DNA of 56,692 nucleotides, the filler included, from Squatina squatina (taxonomy: Eukaryota), in the NCBI GenBank assembly GCA_031763465.1. It is 4 parts of 4 records of this genome, joined end to end, with 100 filler letters (N's around TTAATTAATTAA, not from the genome) between each part and the next. Parts side by side here need not be neighbours in the genome. Positions count along the whole stretch, not along the records: positions 1 to 16,608 come from JARFOE010000120.1; 3 more parts are not named here. One strand, written 5' to 3'. Each line of letters starts with the position of its first letter. The stretch's first letter is position 1. The position numbers were made by a program, and so were the translations under genes. Below the pieces are notes generated by a model, which was not told the origin of the DNA, did not search any database, and was given only the letters and a program-made list of their open reading frames with translations. Positions 1-10,792 of this stretch are shown piece by piece.

Positions 1-38
1 ATTGCTGGGCATGTCTGATCATATTAGCTTCCCACTCG
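1..38 (+). CDS. PRODH: Proline dehydrogenase, 3' part of penultimate coding exon (LLGMSDHISFPL-G)
   Basis: Frame from nt 2 gives LLGMSDHISFPL, matching the PRODH (FGQ)LLGMCDQISFPLG motif. GT donor at 39-40, phase 1, splices in frame to the exon at 591. Confidence 0.9.
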
Positions 39-590
39 GTACGTGAGCTAGAAACGAGTAATCCTACACGAACTTGCTGGGTAACGTAACCTCATAGTAA
101 AGCCAGTGTCCAGGTAATATTCTTCTGCCAGGTCACTCAAGGTCGTGTGGGGGACTTCCTTTTCCTGTGTTCAGTGAATCACCACATTGGATCCTGAGCT
201 CTGTAGTGTTTCCCACTTCTTGGGATATATTCCAGAAATGTTAAATCCATTGGGATTGTAGAAGACAATTTATGGAGATTTGTGGCATAACCTAAAGGGT
301 GTTTGTTTTTTTCAAAATTAAAACAAATTAGTCATTGTGTCTTTAAGGATCAGGGGAGATGTGGGGTGGGTTTAACACTTTGACCCGGTCCAGACAGCAG
401 GGAGCTGTGATGGAGCTAACTGGTAACCCCCCGCACCACCCCGCCAGCCCCACATTATATGCTGGAGGATTTGAGACCTGGCCGGAATTAGATGACACTG
501 AAGTATCTGGAATAATCTGACATGGACTTCCTCGGGGCTTTGAGGTTTTTTTGTAATATGAGTTAATCCTCGTTATTCTGTCTCTCGCAG

Positions 591-738
591 GCCAGGCTGG
601 GTACCCAGTGTACAAGTATGTCCCCTATGGTCCAGTGGAAGAGGTTTTGCCCTACCTGTCCAGACGTGCACAGGAAAACCGAGGCATGGTGGCAGGAACC
701 CAGCGGGAACGCCAGCTCCTGTGGGATGAGCTGAAACG
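591..738 (+). CDS. PRODH: Proline dehydrogenase, last coding exon, cut by a gap before the stop
   Basis: Acceptor ttctgtctctcgcag ends at 590. Translation (G)[56 protein letters not shown] carries the Tyr of proline-specific PRODH1 rather than the Ser of PRODH2 (YKSIPYG). Orthologue versus paralogue is unresolved. Confidence 0.92.
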
Positions 739-838
739 NNNNNNNNNNNNNNNNNNNNNNNNNNNNNNNNNNNNNNNNNNNNNNNNNNNNNNNNNNNNNN
801 NNNNNNNNNNNNNNNNNNNNNNNNNNNNNNNNNNNNNN

Positions 839-964
839 AAGTGGATAACCTCACATTTATCCACATTATACTGCATCTGCCATGTATCTGCCCACTCACC
901 TAACCTATCCAAGTCGCCCTGCAGCCTCATAACATCCTCCTCGCAGCTAACACTGCCACCCAGC
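839..964 (-). mobile_element. CR1-clade LINE (HER1-like) ORF2 reverse transcriptase fragment
   Basis: Minus frame LGGSVSCEEDVMRLQGDLDRLGEWADTWQMQYNVDKCEVIH, the CR1 segment that follows the FADDTK motif. Confidence 0.9.
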
Positions 965-1012
965 TTCTGACTCAGAGGTGAGAGGGCCACCCACTGAGCC
1001 ACAGCTGACACC
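965..1012 (-). mobile_element. tRNA-derived 5' head of a SacSINE1/Deu-type SINE
   Basis: Reverse complement GGTGTCAGCTGTGGCTCAGTGGGTGGCCCTCTCACCTCTGAGTCAGAA contains the A-box TGGCTCAGTGG. Family name is from memory of the shark SINE head. Confidence 0.7.
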
Positions 1013-1447
1013 ATTGATGGGTTGCACATGTTAAATTAATTGATATCTTTTGATATTCTAAATTAATTTTAAGTATATAAGCTATATTACTTGTAAAGAG
1101 GCCCCAAAAATGTCAAATTATTATCTTTTAATGTTTGCCATTGTGATACTAAGATTGGTTCAGAAAGGAGATACTGAACAGTCCATATGAAAGACGTGCT
1201 AGAAATTCATTTACTTACTCCATATGCCATGAAATGGCGATAAACGGCAGATGGTGGCAGGTCTCGCAGTGGCTGCCATTTTCCTCCCTCCTTTGAAGGT
1301 GTAGATTCTTTTTGGAATATGGTCCCATGGGTGCCAACCGCCTTCCAATATGTTGACCAAGTGGCCATTCTGCTTTATGTGAACCTAGACTGTTCAAAAA
1401 TGGGCGCATCGCAGTCAAGCCCACTCTTTTCCTCATCTAATATTCTG

Positions 1448-1535
1448 AGGAGCAGGAACCATTGATCAGGAAAGAGAACCCAAACTGATTTCCCCCTCTC
1501 TAGCCTAGGGGTGATGAAGCCTATTGCAGCACCCA
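1448..1535 (-). mobile_element. Old SINE-like repeat, family A (copy 1)
   Basis: Reverse complement caataggcttcatcacccctaggctagagagggggaaatcagtttgggttctc aligns by eye with copies at 2358, 6160, 29860 and 30625. Confidence 0.6.
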
Positions 1536-2357
1536 TACATTAGTCTTTTATTTCATAACTTCTGTAAATTTAATTAAAGGCAGATTTTAATAACTCACAA
1601 TGACTCACCCTAACACTTCTCCAGATTTAAAGATAGGTTCTGTGAGATAGCAAAGCCTTAGAATGCATTCTGATTAATTTTGATTTAATCCAATTTATTT
1701 TTGTACCTGTATTGCTTCATGTAATGTGCATGAAATATGCAACAATTCTATTATATGACAGCATGGGCCATAACAGACATGTCTGAACATGGCATTGTTC
1801 CAAAGGTTGTGCGAAAACAATTAGATTTAAGATTTAATTGGGAGATGGCAAGCTACCTCAACATGAATTTATTAATCAAATCAAGAGCCTGAGGATAAAC
1901 AGAGCGCATACTGGACTGTTCCAGAAACTAAGAAAGCTGGCCACTGCACATGCTGCTCTATTGGACTCAGGATAAATACTAGACTAGTGATTGAACTTAA
2001 ACAAAGTTAGCATATGGATGGTGAAGGTGCAGGACAAGTTTGTGCAACAGGAGAGATTGCCACCAGTCTAGTTGCCCCCGGCGGGGGTTGGGAGGAATGT
2101 TGCAGAAGGGCTTCCTCAGCCTAACAACGCTATACTTCACTGTGTCTATGTATAATATATTTTTAAATGGAATAATACAAAATAAACCATTAAATGCAAC
2201 TTCACACACAAGCAGTTCCCTTGATAGTTTGCAGGGACAGACTTTTTCGTTCTCCCTTCCACTTTTCTCCCCTCCTCTCAGAGGGCTGTGACTGTACCTT
2301 GGGTACTGGCTGGCCTACAGAGCCTTGCCCAAGTGACCATCCTTCATGACTGTGTAC

Positions 2358-2585
2358 TGACAGGCTATTTATCATGGAGGACATCACAGTCGAGCCTGAT
2401 CCTGTACTCAGCTGATGTCCACACAGATACATTCTCCAGCAGTTGCCACCAGATAGTGGTCAGGATCAAAATCTATTGATTTTTTTTCCCTTCATAGCTC
2501 TAGGTGCTGAGGCTAATTGCAGAGGCCCACCGTTGCCCCGGTTGAGACCAGCTACACTGGCACGAGCTGGGAATCAAACCTCAGA
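2358..2585 (-). mobile_element. Old SINE-like repeat, family A (copy 2)
   Basis: Reverse complement starts with a B-box-like GGTTTGATTCC, then caattagcctcagcacc...gaaaaaaaatca...cctgaccactatctgg...gctggagaatg...gagtacaggatcaggctc. Confidence 0.65.
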
Positions 2586-2849
2586 TGTGCACAAATTGCA
2601 AACTCTCAAAAAGTATTTGGAAAAGTATTGTCAAGCTTCTCATGTAACAAATCACAAATGATTTAGGGCAAAATAGGTCTGTGTGTATGCAATATGCGGA
2701 TTTATGCAAATTAGCACAGCACCTTATAAAGCTGTAAATAATTCAGTAGATTACAGTCTAGACACAATAAAGCACAGATGGCCCACATCTCTTAGTATAA
2801 TAGCCAAATGTTGCTGAAAAAATAATGGTGTCTGAACGACATACACCGT

Positions 2850-3374
2850 TCTTAATGCACAAATCAGCCAGTAACTTGTGGCGAGGAAGAGAAACCCTGT
2901 GAATTGAGAATCGCCATGAGTTGCTGGACAATTTGCGCCGCTCCGCCATTAGCTTCGCGAAAACTGCATCTCGCACCTTACCTCCCTGTGATTTTTATGA
3001 AGTTGCTGCATTTGCACTTTAATTACCAATTGAACTCCCCACAGAAACTTAAGTCTAGTAACTATCAGCATAAGTACCCTTTGAATGATATGATAATTGT
3101 TAATGACTGCCAATCAACCTTTTTTACCTAGAACGGGAACAATTATAAATGTGGAGTCTCATTCGTTCAGGTTGTGAATTGATTGTGGAGATTTTAAAAA
3201 TGTCAAATGTTAAAAGTTAAATTATTTTCTTACTTTTCCTTCCTGTCTCTTTCTTTTCCTTTCTTTATTTCTCTTTCTGCACTTGATTGGACATTGAATT
3301 CACCCACTCTAATTCACCCTCCTTTTCAGTCCTTCCTGTTTGCTTCTCAGTTGTTAAATCTCCTTGGTTAAGGA
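2850..3374. mobile_element. Probable non-autonomous DNA transposon fragment
   Basis: CpG-containing block in an AT-rich background, ending at a gap. It resembles an abundant shark interspersed repeat as recalled. No terminal inverted repeat (TIR) pair is visible. Confidence 0.35.
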
Positions 3375-3644
3375 NNNNNNNNNNNNNNNNNNNNNNNNNN
3401 NNNNNNNNNNNNNNNNNNNNNNNNNNNNNNNNNNNNNNNNNNNNNNNNNNNNNNNNNNNNNNNNNNNNNNNNNNTATTTTAGGAAGGGAAAACAGTGTTT
3501 GGGGTTTCAGTTTTAGTGAAAAGATTCTATTACAGCCCTGAATGTAAGGATGCCCTCGTGATTTGTGTTAAGACAGAATCCGTATGGATAGAATTAATAA
3601 ATGGAATGGAAAATGGGGCAACTCTTGGCGCACGTTAAAATCAT

Positions 3645-3785
3645 GACGTATTTTGATAGGTTGATTAGGAAACGACTATTTTCGACTAGTTGGGGAGTCA
3701 GTGGCAATGGTCACCAAGAAAATGAGGAGAAAAGTTAAGGGAAATTTCTCTACAAAGTGGATTATTGGAGCATGGGATGTTTGCT
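3645..3785 (+). mobile_element. Degraded CR1 LINE 3' ORF2 fragment
   Basis: Decayed match to the CR1 C-terminal pattern FDRxDxExLFPLVGES...R.NFF.QRV..AW. Confidence 0.5.
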
Positions 3786-4264
3786 CAGTTATCTGCATCA
3801 TAAGCAATTATACTGAAAGTAGCTGACATTTATTAAAATCCAGGAAGCCTAGCAATTGTTGCCACAGATAATTAATGAGCTGAAACTGTTCAATGAGCTG
3901 AGTGGAATTGAATTAAATTAGTTGGAGTTTTCAGAGAAAAATGGGCTAGATCAATTTGGCTCCTGTGAAGTTTACAAGAAAAGAACAAAGTCAAAATTAC
4001 CGCCCCAGTGTAGGCAAGGGATAATTATAAAATAATAGCCTAGGATATAAATTTTGACTATTTATTGTTTTTGTTCAAGGAGCTGGTTAAGATATCCACC
4101 ATAAGTAGAATGCATTATATTACTATTATATATTTTCTTATTCACTTTTCATTCAGTAAGTGTAATTTTGACCTTGTACGATAATGTAAAACGGCTGATA
4201 GAGAATTGGCAGTCTGTTTTACATCTTTCCCCATTTTTATTTCCATTGACTTCAAAATGTAAGA

Positions 4265-4620
4265 ATATGATCAAGGAAGTATAGCTCAGATGAGTAGAAC
4301 ATGTATCAGGGATGGCTGATGAGCTACTACCAGAGAAGATGACATAATGGCAGCTAAAGGAAAGCAAACAGAACTGAGAAAGGCAGTACAGGGACAGCCT
4401 AAAGCAGTATATGAAGGGACGCACTATTCTCAGCAGCTCATGGGAAAATGCTGCCCAAAACCTGAAGCCAGTGGCACGGTATAATAAGGTGCTTCTAAAG
4501 CCAAAGCAGCAGGAACTTGGCTAGCTGATGAAAAAAGAAAACTTGGAAAGACTGCAGCAGCCTGCCTGGATTTTTGACGTGACGTGCTTTGTCTTACATA
4601 GGCTTTGTAAGGCATTTCTG
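4265..4620 (+). mobile_element. Degraded RTE-clade LINE, C-terminal ORF region
   Basis: Reading through stops and frameshifts gives LR*VEHVSGMADELLPEKM..WQLKESKQ..RQYRDSLKQYMKGRTILSSSWENAAQN.SQWH, matching the RTE pattern LRWxGHVxRM...P...K.Y.D.LK...W...A..R..W. Confidence 0.65.
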
Positions 4621-4691
4621 CATTGGATAAAAGTAAAGCTAATTTGGAAAGTCAAGACAGCTATCATTTAAAAAATGTGAATACAATTATT

Positions 4692-4768
4692 ATTAGTTAA
4701 GACAAATGTAGGTCCCTTGCAGTTAGAAACAGGTGAATTGATCATGGGGAACAAGGACATGGCAGACC
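4692..4768 (+). mobile_element. CR1/HER1 ORF2 fragment (endonuclease-RT linker)
   Basis: VKTNVGPLQLETGELIMGNKDMAD, truncated at a gap. Confidence 0.75.
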
Positions 4769-4939
4769 NNNNNNNNNNNNNNNNNNNNNNNNNNNNNNNN
4801 NNNNNNNNNNNNNNNNNNNNNNNNNNNNNNNNNNNNNNNNNNNNNNNNNNNNNNNNNNNNNNNNNNNNCAGTATTTTGCTTTTGTAAAGAGGAAATCCAT
4901 TTTGGTCACATACTGCGGAATTAACAAATATGCCATACA

Positions 4940-5063
4940 GGGAGTAACACCCAGCTGAATAAACAGCTAAATGCAGATCCATGATCAGTAAATCTTACCT
5001 GTTGAATAAACAATAATTCTGTACAATTGCACAGTGAGTATACTTAACCTGCTGAATAAACAG
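4940..5063 (+). repeat. Degenerate ~49-bp tandem repeat, three copies of the core CCWGYTGAATAAACA
   Basis: CCAGCTGAATAAACA at 4951-4965, CCTGTTGAATAAACA at 4998-5012, CCTGCTGAATAAACA at 5048-5062, each preceded by AGTA about 8-11 nt upstream. Confidence 0.7.
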
Positions 5064-6159
5064 TGCTTTCTCTAACGCGGAGTGTCTCCTCTGGCCAGGA
5101 GTGTAGCCAGAACATTTGAAGGCTCTGAAACTGAGTGGTAGCAAAGGCAAGCCACAGAAAGGAGCTTTGGAAAGCTAGTTTATTATCCATGAATGGGAGT
5201 CCAAGAACCAACCATTGTCGCAGGAGAGTGGCTGAATATGAAGTTATATTTGTGTTAAGAATAAGTTGTGTTCTTGTGTTCCACATCACAGTGGATGTCA
5301 AGTAGGCCTTCATGAGTTATGAGCAGCTTTCTTCCTCAAACATGCCCTCAAATTTTCTGACTTTCACTGTCATAGACAGCAGTTGTGCTTTCAGGACGAA
5401 TAAATCTAGCAGTTAATTTGCTGGAAATCTGTCTGGCTCAATTAACCCTGCCCCAGTTAGTCCTACCCTTATGAACCTAGCAAAAAGGTTGTCCTTGATA
5501 TGCTTGGCCCAGGTACTGGAGGGCTGAGGAACATTGATAAACGATGCACTGCAGGAAAATGAAACTAGAAAACAAATTTACTTCAATTTTCTTAGTCTTA
5601 GTCGTAATAAAACAAAAGCTGACTGACAAATTAGAGTGAGGCAGCTAGAATCTGTATCAAGATGATTATCTGGGCCAACATGGCTGCAGGGGCAAATTAA
5701 GTTGAGTCACATTCTCCAGCAGCTCCTTTGACAATAATATGGTGTTTATCAATAAGGTGTATTATAGTGGTAATAATACATTTTTGGAGGACTCCCCAGT
5801 TTGAAATTATCAAACTTTCCAAAGGCAAAGAACCATCTGTGCTCTACAATCTCCAGAAATCCAGGTGGTGATGCTTGCTTTTATTTTTTTCACAGTAGAC
5901 TCATTACCCAGCAGCACCTTTGAAGTATCTATAAGTTACTGCTTTCAATCATTACTCCAGGCAATACTTGCAATGATTTAATGAATTTCGGCCTGTTCCA
6001 CGGAACAGCCTGTACATGTTTGCCGAGCTATAAAGGAACACATATCGTGAGCCTGAACCTCCTAGTGTCAGAGCAGTAATGAAGGTCTGTACTAGGGAAG
6101 TATGGCTCAACTTAAACCTTCCATTCCAACCCAGTTAGCCCTGATAACTGCCTTGATAC

Positions 6160-6335
6160 AGATGAGCTAATTTAGTTGAGACAGCAGTAAAGGTTCCACA
6201 ATTGATCTCATCACCCCGGACTAGAGAATGAAAAAAAAAATCAGCTAGGTTTCTCAATCATGATGACTACCCAGGGCCCCCTGCTAGATAGTGCATGTGA
6301 GCATTGGATGAGGACATGATTAGGCTTGCGTCACT
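6160..6335 (+). mobile_element. Old SINE-like repeat, family A (copy 3)
   Basis: acaattgatctcatcaccccggactagagaatgaaaaaaaaaatcagctaggtttctc...cctgctagatagtgcatgtg...gatgaggacatgattaggctt, collinear with the other copies. Confidence 0.65.
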
Positions 6336-6932
6336 GGTGAGAGAAGACATTTCTGCTTTCCATTGCAAAACCATCTGTTTCCACAGATATTCTGTATTTT
6401 ATTTCAGCAGCTGTTTTTTTTTTAACCTTTTTTTTTTGTCCGTGACATGTGTACGCTCGCTCTTGGGATTCAGTCAGGTGTTTTTTTTCATCAAGGGCAA
6501 CCCAGCACTGCCAGCTGCAATATCCAATAAGCAGATCGTTCAGAAAATAAGCATTTTCTCAGGAATCTTAAAGTTGCAGACCTGTATTACACAAANNNNN
6601 NNNNNNNNNNNNNNNNNNNNNNNNNNNNNNNNNNNNNNNNNNNNNNNNNNNNNNNNNNNNNNNNNNNNNNNNNNNNNNNNNNNNNNNNNNNNNNNTCTAC
6701 CAGAGGTGCAAAATCTCGTGAGGAATAAGAACCATTCTTTTGCTCCCCGCAAAAATACTATTTTATTCAACTCTTCTCAATGGAGTTGACTTCTTTCTGT
6801 AGAGGAATATAGATTAACTGAGATTTAAATTGAAATGTAAAGGATAGCTGCATAAATGTATTTCTGATTGTGAATTTTGGATGAAGAGTTGAAAGTTCTG
6901 TTTCCTTTTTAAATATCAATGACTTACCTCAG

Positions 6933-7106
6933 CTGTGGACCTCCTGGAGAAAATGTTAGTGTTGGATGCAGACAAACGTTTGTCGGCTGCTGAAGCTCTG
7001 ACTCATCCCTACTTTGAACCGTTAAGAGATCCAGAGGATGACACTAAACCTGAGCCTTTTGATGATTCTTTGGACCAGCTGAAGTTGTCAGTTGATCTGT
7101 GGAAAA
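6933..7106 (+). CDS. MAPK13: p38 MAP kinase penultimate coding exon, p38-delta-like
   Basis: AG at 6931-32 and GTAAGT at 7107, 174 nt, phase 1-1. (A)[57 protein letters not shown] covers kinase subdomain XI and the CD region. [17 protein letters not shown] and KL.VD.WK fit MAPK13 better than MAPK11/12/14. Confidence 0.85.
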
Positions 7107-8540
7107 GTAAGTGATTATAGAATGTCTGATAACTAAGCTATGTCAACTAAATTCTTTATTTATGGTGCACTCCAAAAAGGCCGTTTGTAACAAGCAAACA
7201 TTATTCTGGAGCTAAAGGCCACAACTGACAAATGTTGTTTATATAAATTCCTACTCACAATGAAAACAAAATCAATAAATGCAATTTTGGAATTAAGGAA
7301 AAATGTCTTTCTGCCATTTTGGGTCGTGGCCCACTCATTTATTCACTTCTTTTTCTAAAGGAGAAAGACTTTGTTACCAACAATATTAACAGGATTTCGT
7401 TTTATAAATTAAGTTCATCACAGAAGCAATTCTCTTTCTTTCAAGAGAAGTTGGTCAGGATGAAATGGGTCATCTATTATAGACATTCATTCTGATTCAC
7501 AATGTCATATTAATCTTTTGCCTGCCTTTCAAATAGAATCTGCTAGATCATTTAACAACTGCACATTCCAAGTCCCATAGTTTTGCAGTTAGCTGTTTTC
7601 ATGCTTGCTACTTGTTTATTTGTGATTTTATTTTTTTGCTCCTTTATGAATATGACATTCGATCCAATCAGGTGCAACTGTGACACCTACTTTCCATGTA
7701 TAACGTACATGCGGCAGTGGCAAGATTTAATTATAAGGTTCAGTTTTGTTAACATGTGTTTTTCTCTTACTGCTCCCTATAAACTGCTTTCCTATCATCT
7801 TTTCACATGAGCTGTACATTCTAGGCTGGCATGGCACGGATCGTTGGGTGAAATGATCCCACTTGCATTTTAGCAGCTCTCAGTTAGTTACATAGCTTCA
7901 TGACTAGCTCAATTCTGTACCCGCGGATCTTCTGTCCACCACCCCACCTCCCAGAGTCTGCGGGCAGGTTTATCTTTGGGATAGGACAGTCGGCAGATTT
8001 TGTCCTTGAGTTGTGAGTTATTGTCTATTGATGTCTGTCTCAAATAGCTCGTGTTGGTTTACATCAGGACTTGCATCTGTTCTGCTGGTCTGGAACCTTT
8101 GCGGGCTGACAGGAGCTGCTGTGGAGTTTCTCACAGATCTCGCTTCAGAGGCCATCATTTAATCCTGTGGCTTTTGTTCTGGGATGTTTCTGATGAGAAA
8201 CCGATGGGGACCGGGTGTTTCTAGATATCCGTCATGGACTGTGAATTCAAACTGTAACATTCAGCAAACCTCCATTCCAACAATTTGAATACCTAAAACC
8301 CCAGAGTTGTTTTACTTAAAAAAATTATGATGATTTTCACACTGAAAATAAAACTGACAGATGCAGCTGCCTTGTTGATGGTTATTTATGGTACAGCTGC
8401 TGAGAAGACTCTGAATGCAACGGGAGAGGTAGGTGCTATGNNNNNNNNNNNNNNNNNNNNNNNNNNNNNNNNNNNNNNNNNNNNNNNNNNNNNNNNNNNN
8501 NNNNNNNNNNNNNNNNNNNNNNNNNNNNNNNNNNNNNNNN

Positions 8541-8655
8541 TAACAATTTTCCAGTTCTGACGAAGTGTCATCAACCTGAAATGTTAACTCTGTTTCTCTC
8601 TCCACAGATGCTGCCTGACCTGCTGAGCACTTCCAGCATTCTCTGTTTTGACTTG
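8541..8655 (+). mobile_element. Penelope-like retroelement terminal repeat with hammerhead-like core
   Basis: CTGACGAAG...ACCTGAAATGTTAACTCTGTTTCTCTCTCCACAGATGCTGCCTGACCTGCTGAG...TCCAGCATT matches my recollection of the abundant elasmobranch Penelope terminus. The CUGANGA and GAAA boxes are present. Confidence 0.7.
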
Positions 8656-9149
8656 TGTTTTAACAGTTGTGCTTTCGCATCGATAGCAGTTATGAAAGCC
8701 CTCACCATAATGACCATGCCCCCACCCCCACATCCCAAAGAAAGAGAAATGTGCTAGGTGTAGTGGGCAGTGGATGGGGTGTAGCACTGCGATTGCAGGT
8801 GGTGATAGGTGGGGAGTGTATGGCAATGGGTAGCGGACGTCAGCAGCAAAATGTCTGGTTTTAATCAGGTGGAAAACAAAGCAAAAACAAAATGGAACAA
8901 CAGAGGCATGCAGAGTGCTTCATTACTGGGCTTTGCACATGTGAACCCTGGGGAATCAGACGCTATGAGCACCACTCTCTACAGGGAAGGCTTGTCTGGT
9001 GCTTCAAGAAATCTTCCCAAACATTCGGCAACCAACAGACACTGTGGAATATCTTGCTTTACAAAAATAAAAGTCCCTGCTGCATAAAAGAATAATACAT
9101 GATTTAAAAATCTGTCTGTGCCACAGGGCAGCTGGGAGATTTCAGTGCA

Positions 9150-9230
9150 CACGAGCGTATCTGTGTTGGTGTGCGAGTGTGTGTCTATCTGCGTTTCTCT
9201 GTTTGCATGTGTCTCCATGTGTATGTCCGT
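9150..9230 (+). repeat. Degenerate (TG)n microsatellite
   Basis: gtgtgcgagtgtgtgtctatctgcgtttctctgtttgcatgtgtctccatgtgtatgt. Confidence 0.6.
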
Positions 9231-9663
9231 TTTGGTAAACAAAGAGAGCCAGTTTATAGGGAAGCCACAATATTGTAATCAGGCCATAAAGACAAGATAT
9301 TTATGCTTGCAGCTGTTCTGAATAAATTAAACAAGCAGGAAGATTTGCTCACCAATTCGCTGGGTAGAACTCCTCGGGGAGCTGGTCTGTGGCTTTATCG
9401 AGACACTAATGAGCTGACACAGGCAGCTGATAAGCTGTGATTCACAGTGCTGCAGATCAGACAGCACCCTACCAGCTGTCCTGCTTTCCGAGTCCCAAGT
9501 TAAACTGACAGGGCCTGATGGAGGAACATCGCAACCAAAATCTTTATCCGCATTAGACCTCCCTCTCTCAGAGAGCTTCTCGCCATCTGCCAGACTGGCA
9601 GTGAATAGCATGGAATGGCCACTGAGCCATGTTAACCCCCTCAAGGAGCCTTTCACAGCCTTT

Positions 9664-10792
9664 GGGGATGAAATTGGATCGGGCCCAAAAATGGACGTGG
9701 GGATCACGATGCGGGATCTGCCCGCGCCAGTTCAAAGTAGCGCAGGCAGCACACAAAATTCATCAGCTTGATTGCGGCGCTGAGCCCAGCGCTAAATTTG
9801 CTGCTGGTTGGCTCAGCGCTCAACAGGGTTACCAATATTGGATGCAGCCTGCTGTCCAATTAAAGATTGATTGCAGAGTGAGAGGTTGTCTGCACTTCCT
9901 AAAGTGGAGGTGCTTTGTTGCAGAAGTACCTCATTGTCACTCTGGATGCAGCCATGCCACAACAGCGATGAGAAAGGGAAAGGCGTTTCTCTGATGCAGC
10001 ACTGGAGGCCTTCATCCTGGGGTACACAGAAGAACAGTGGTTCTCCCTGCAGGAGGGCAGGTGGCCTTCCAGGCAGAATGATCGAAGGCAATGGGAGGAG
10101 ATAGCAGAAGCCGTCGGTGCCACATGTGTTGCCTCCAGAACCTGGATCCAGTGTCGCAGAAATTTAATTACCTCACACGAGTAGTCAAGGTCAGAGAATG
10201 CATCTTCAAATTCCATATCGGACCAACTGCACCACTAGGGTGAGGTTGAAAGCCTTGCTGATACCTAATCCTTCTTCTCACATCGCAATTCCCCCTCATG
10301 GCACAATCTTTGCTCACTTACAAGCTGTGATTTTGTAAGTATGCACACTCTGTTTTCCTCCCTCCTCTTATCATAACCTGACCCTTGTGCCTTTCGCCTT
10401 TTAGATACCCAAGAACTGCTAACAGCCCAGCCTGCCCCTGACCTAGTAGAGGAGGAAAATAATGGAGAAGAAGAGGCACCGTCACTCGATCTGACACTTC
10501 CAGGCACCAGCTGAGAAATGGCACTGTGCAAACTGTAGAGGGTAATATAGAGGTGGGATCTGCACATGGTGAGTCACAGGGCACAAGTGGGCNNNNNNNN
10601 NNNNNNNNNNNNNNNNNNNNNNNNNNNNNNNNNNNNNNNNNNNNNNNNNNNNNNNNNNNNNNNNNNNNNNNNNNNNNNNNNNNNNNNNNNNNGCCCGTGA
10701 TATATCCCGCATGACAGGAAAGGAAATTTGGACAGGGTGTATAACGGGCTACCTCCCGTTTTGCACCCCCACCAAAGTTGAATTTCAAGCCC
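9664..10792 (+). mobile_element. PIF/Harbinger DNA transposon relic with a decayed spliced Myb/SANT gene
   Basis: Ends GGGGATGAAATT (9664) and AATTTCAAGCCC (10781-92) are inverted with 10/12 identity, but a gap separates them. From ATG 9954: MPQQR*ERERRFSDAALEA...RQWEEIAEAVGATCVASRTWIQCRR/KFNYLTRVVK, then a GT donor at 10190. A further acidic exon follows the AG near 10404. Confidence 0.75.

Noticed and set aside
4951-5062. Repeat-spacer pattern resembling a CRISPR array
   Set aside because: Vertebrate intron/exon context, only three imperfect 15-nt repeats, partly related spacers and no cas genes.
8190-8201. CTGATGAGAAAC as a second hammerhead core
   Set aside because: There is no room for stem II between CUGAUGA and GAAA, and no convincing stems I or III.
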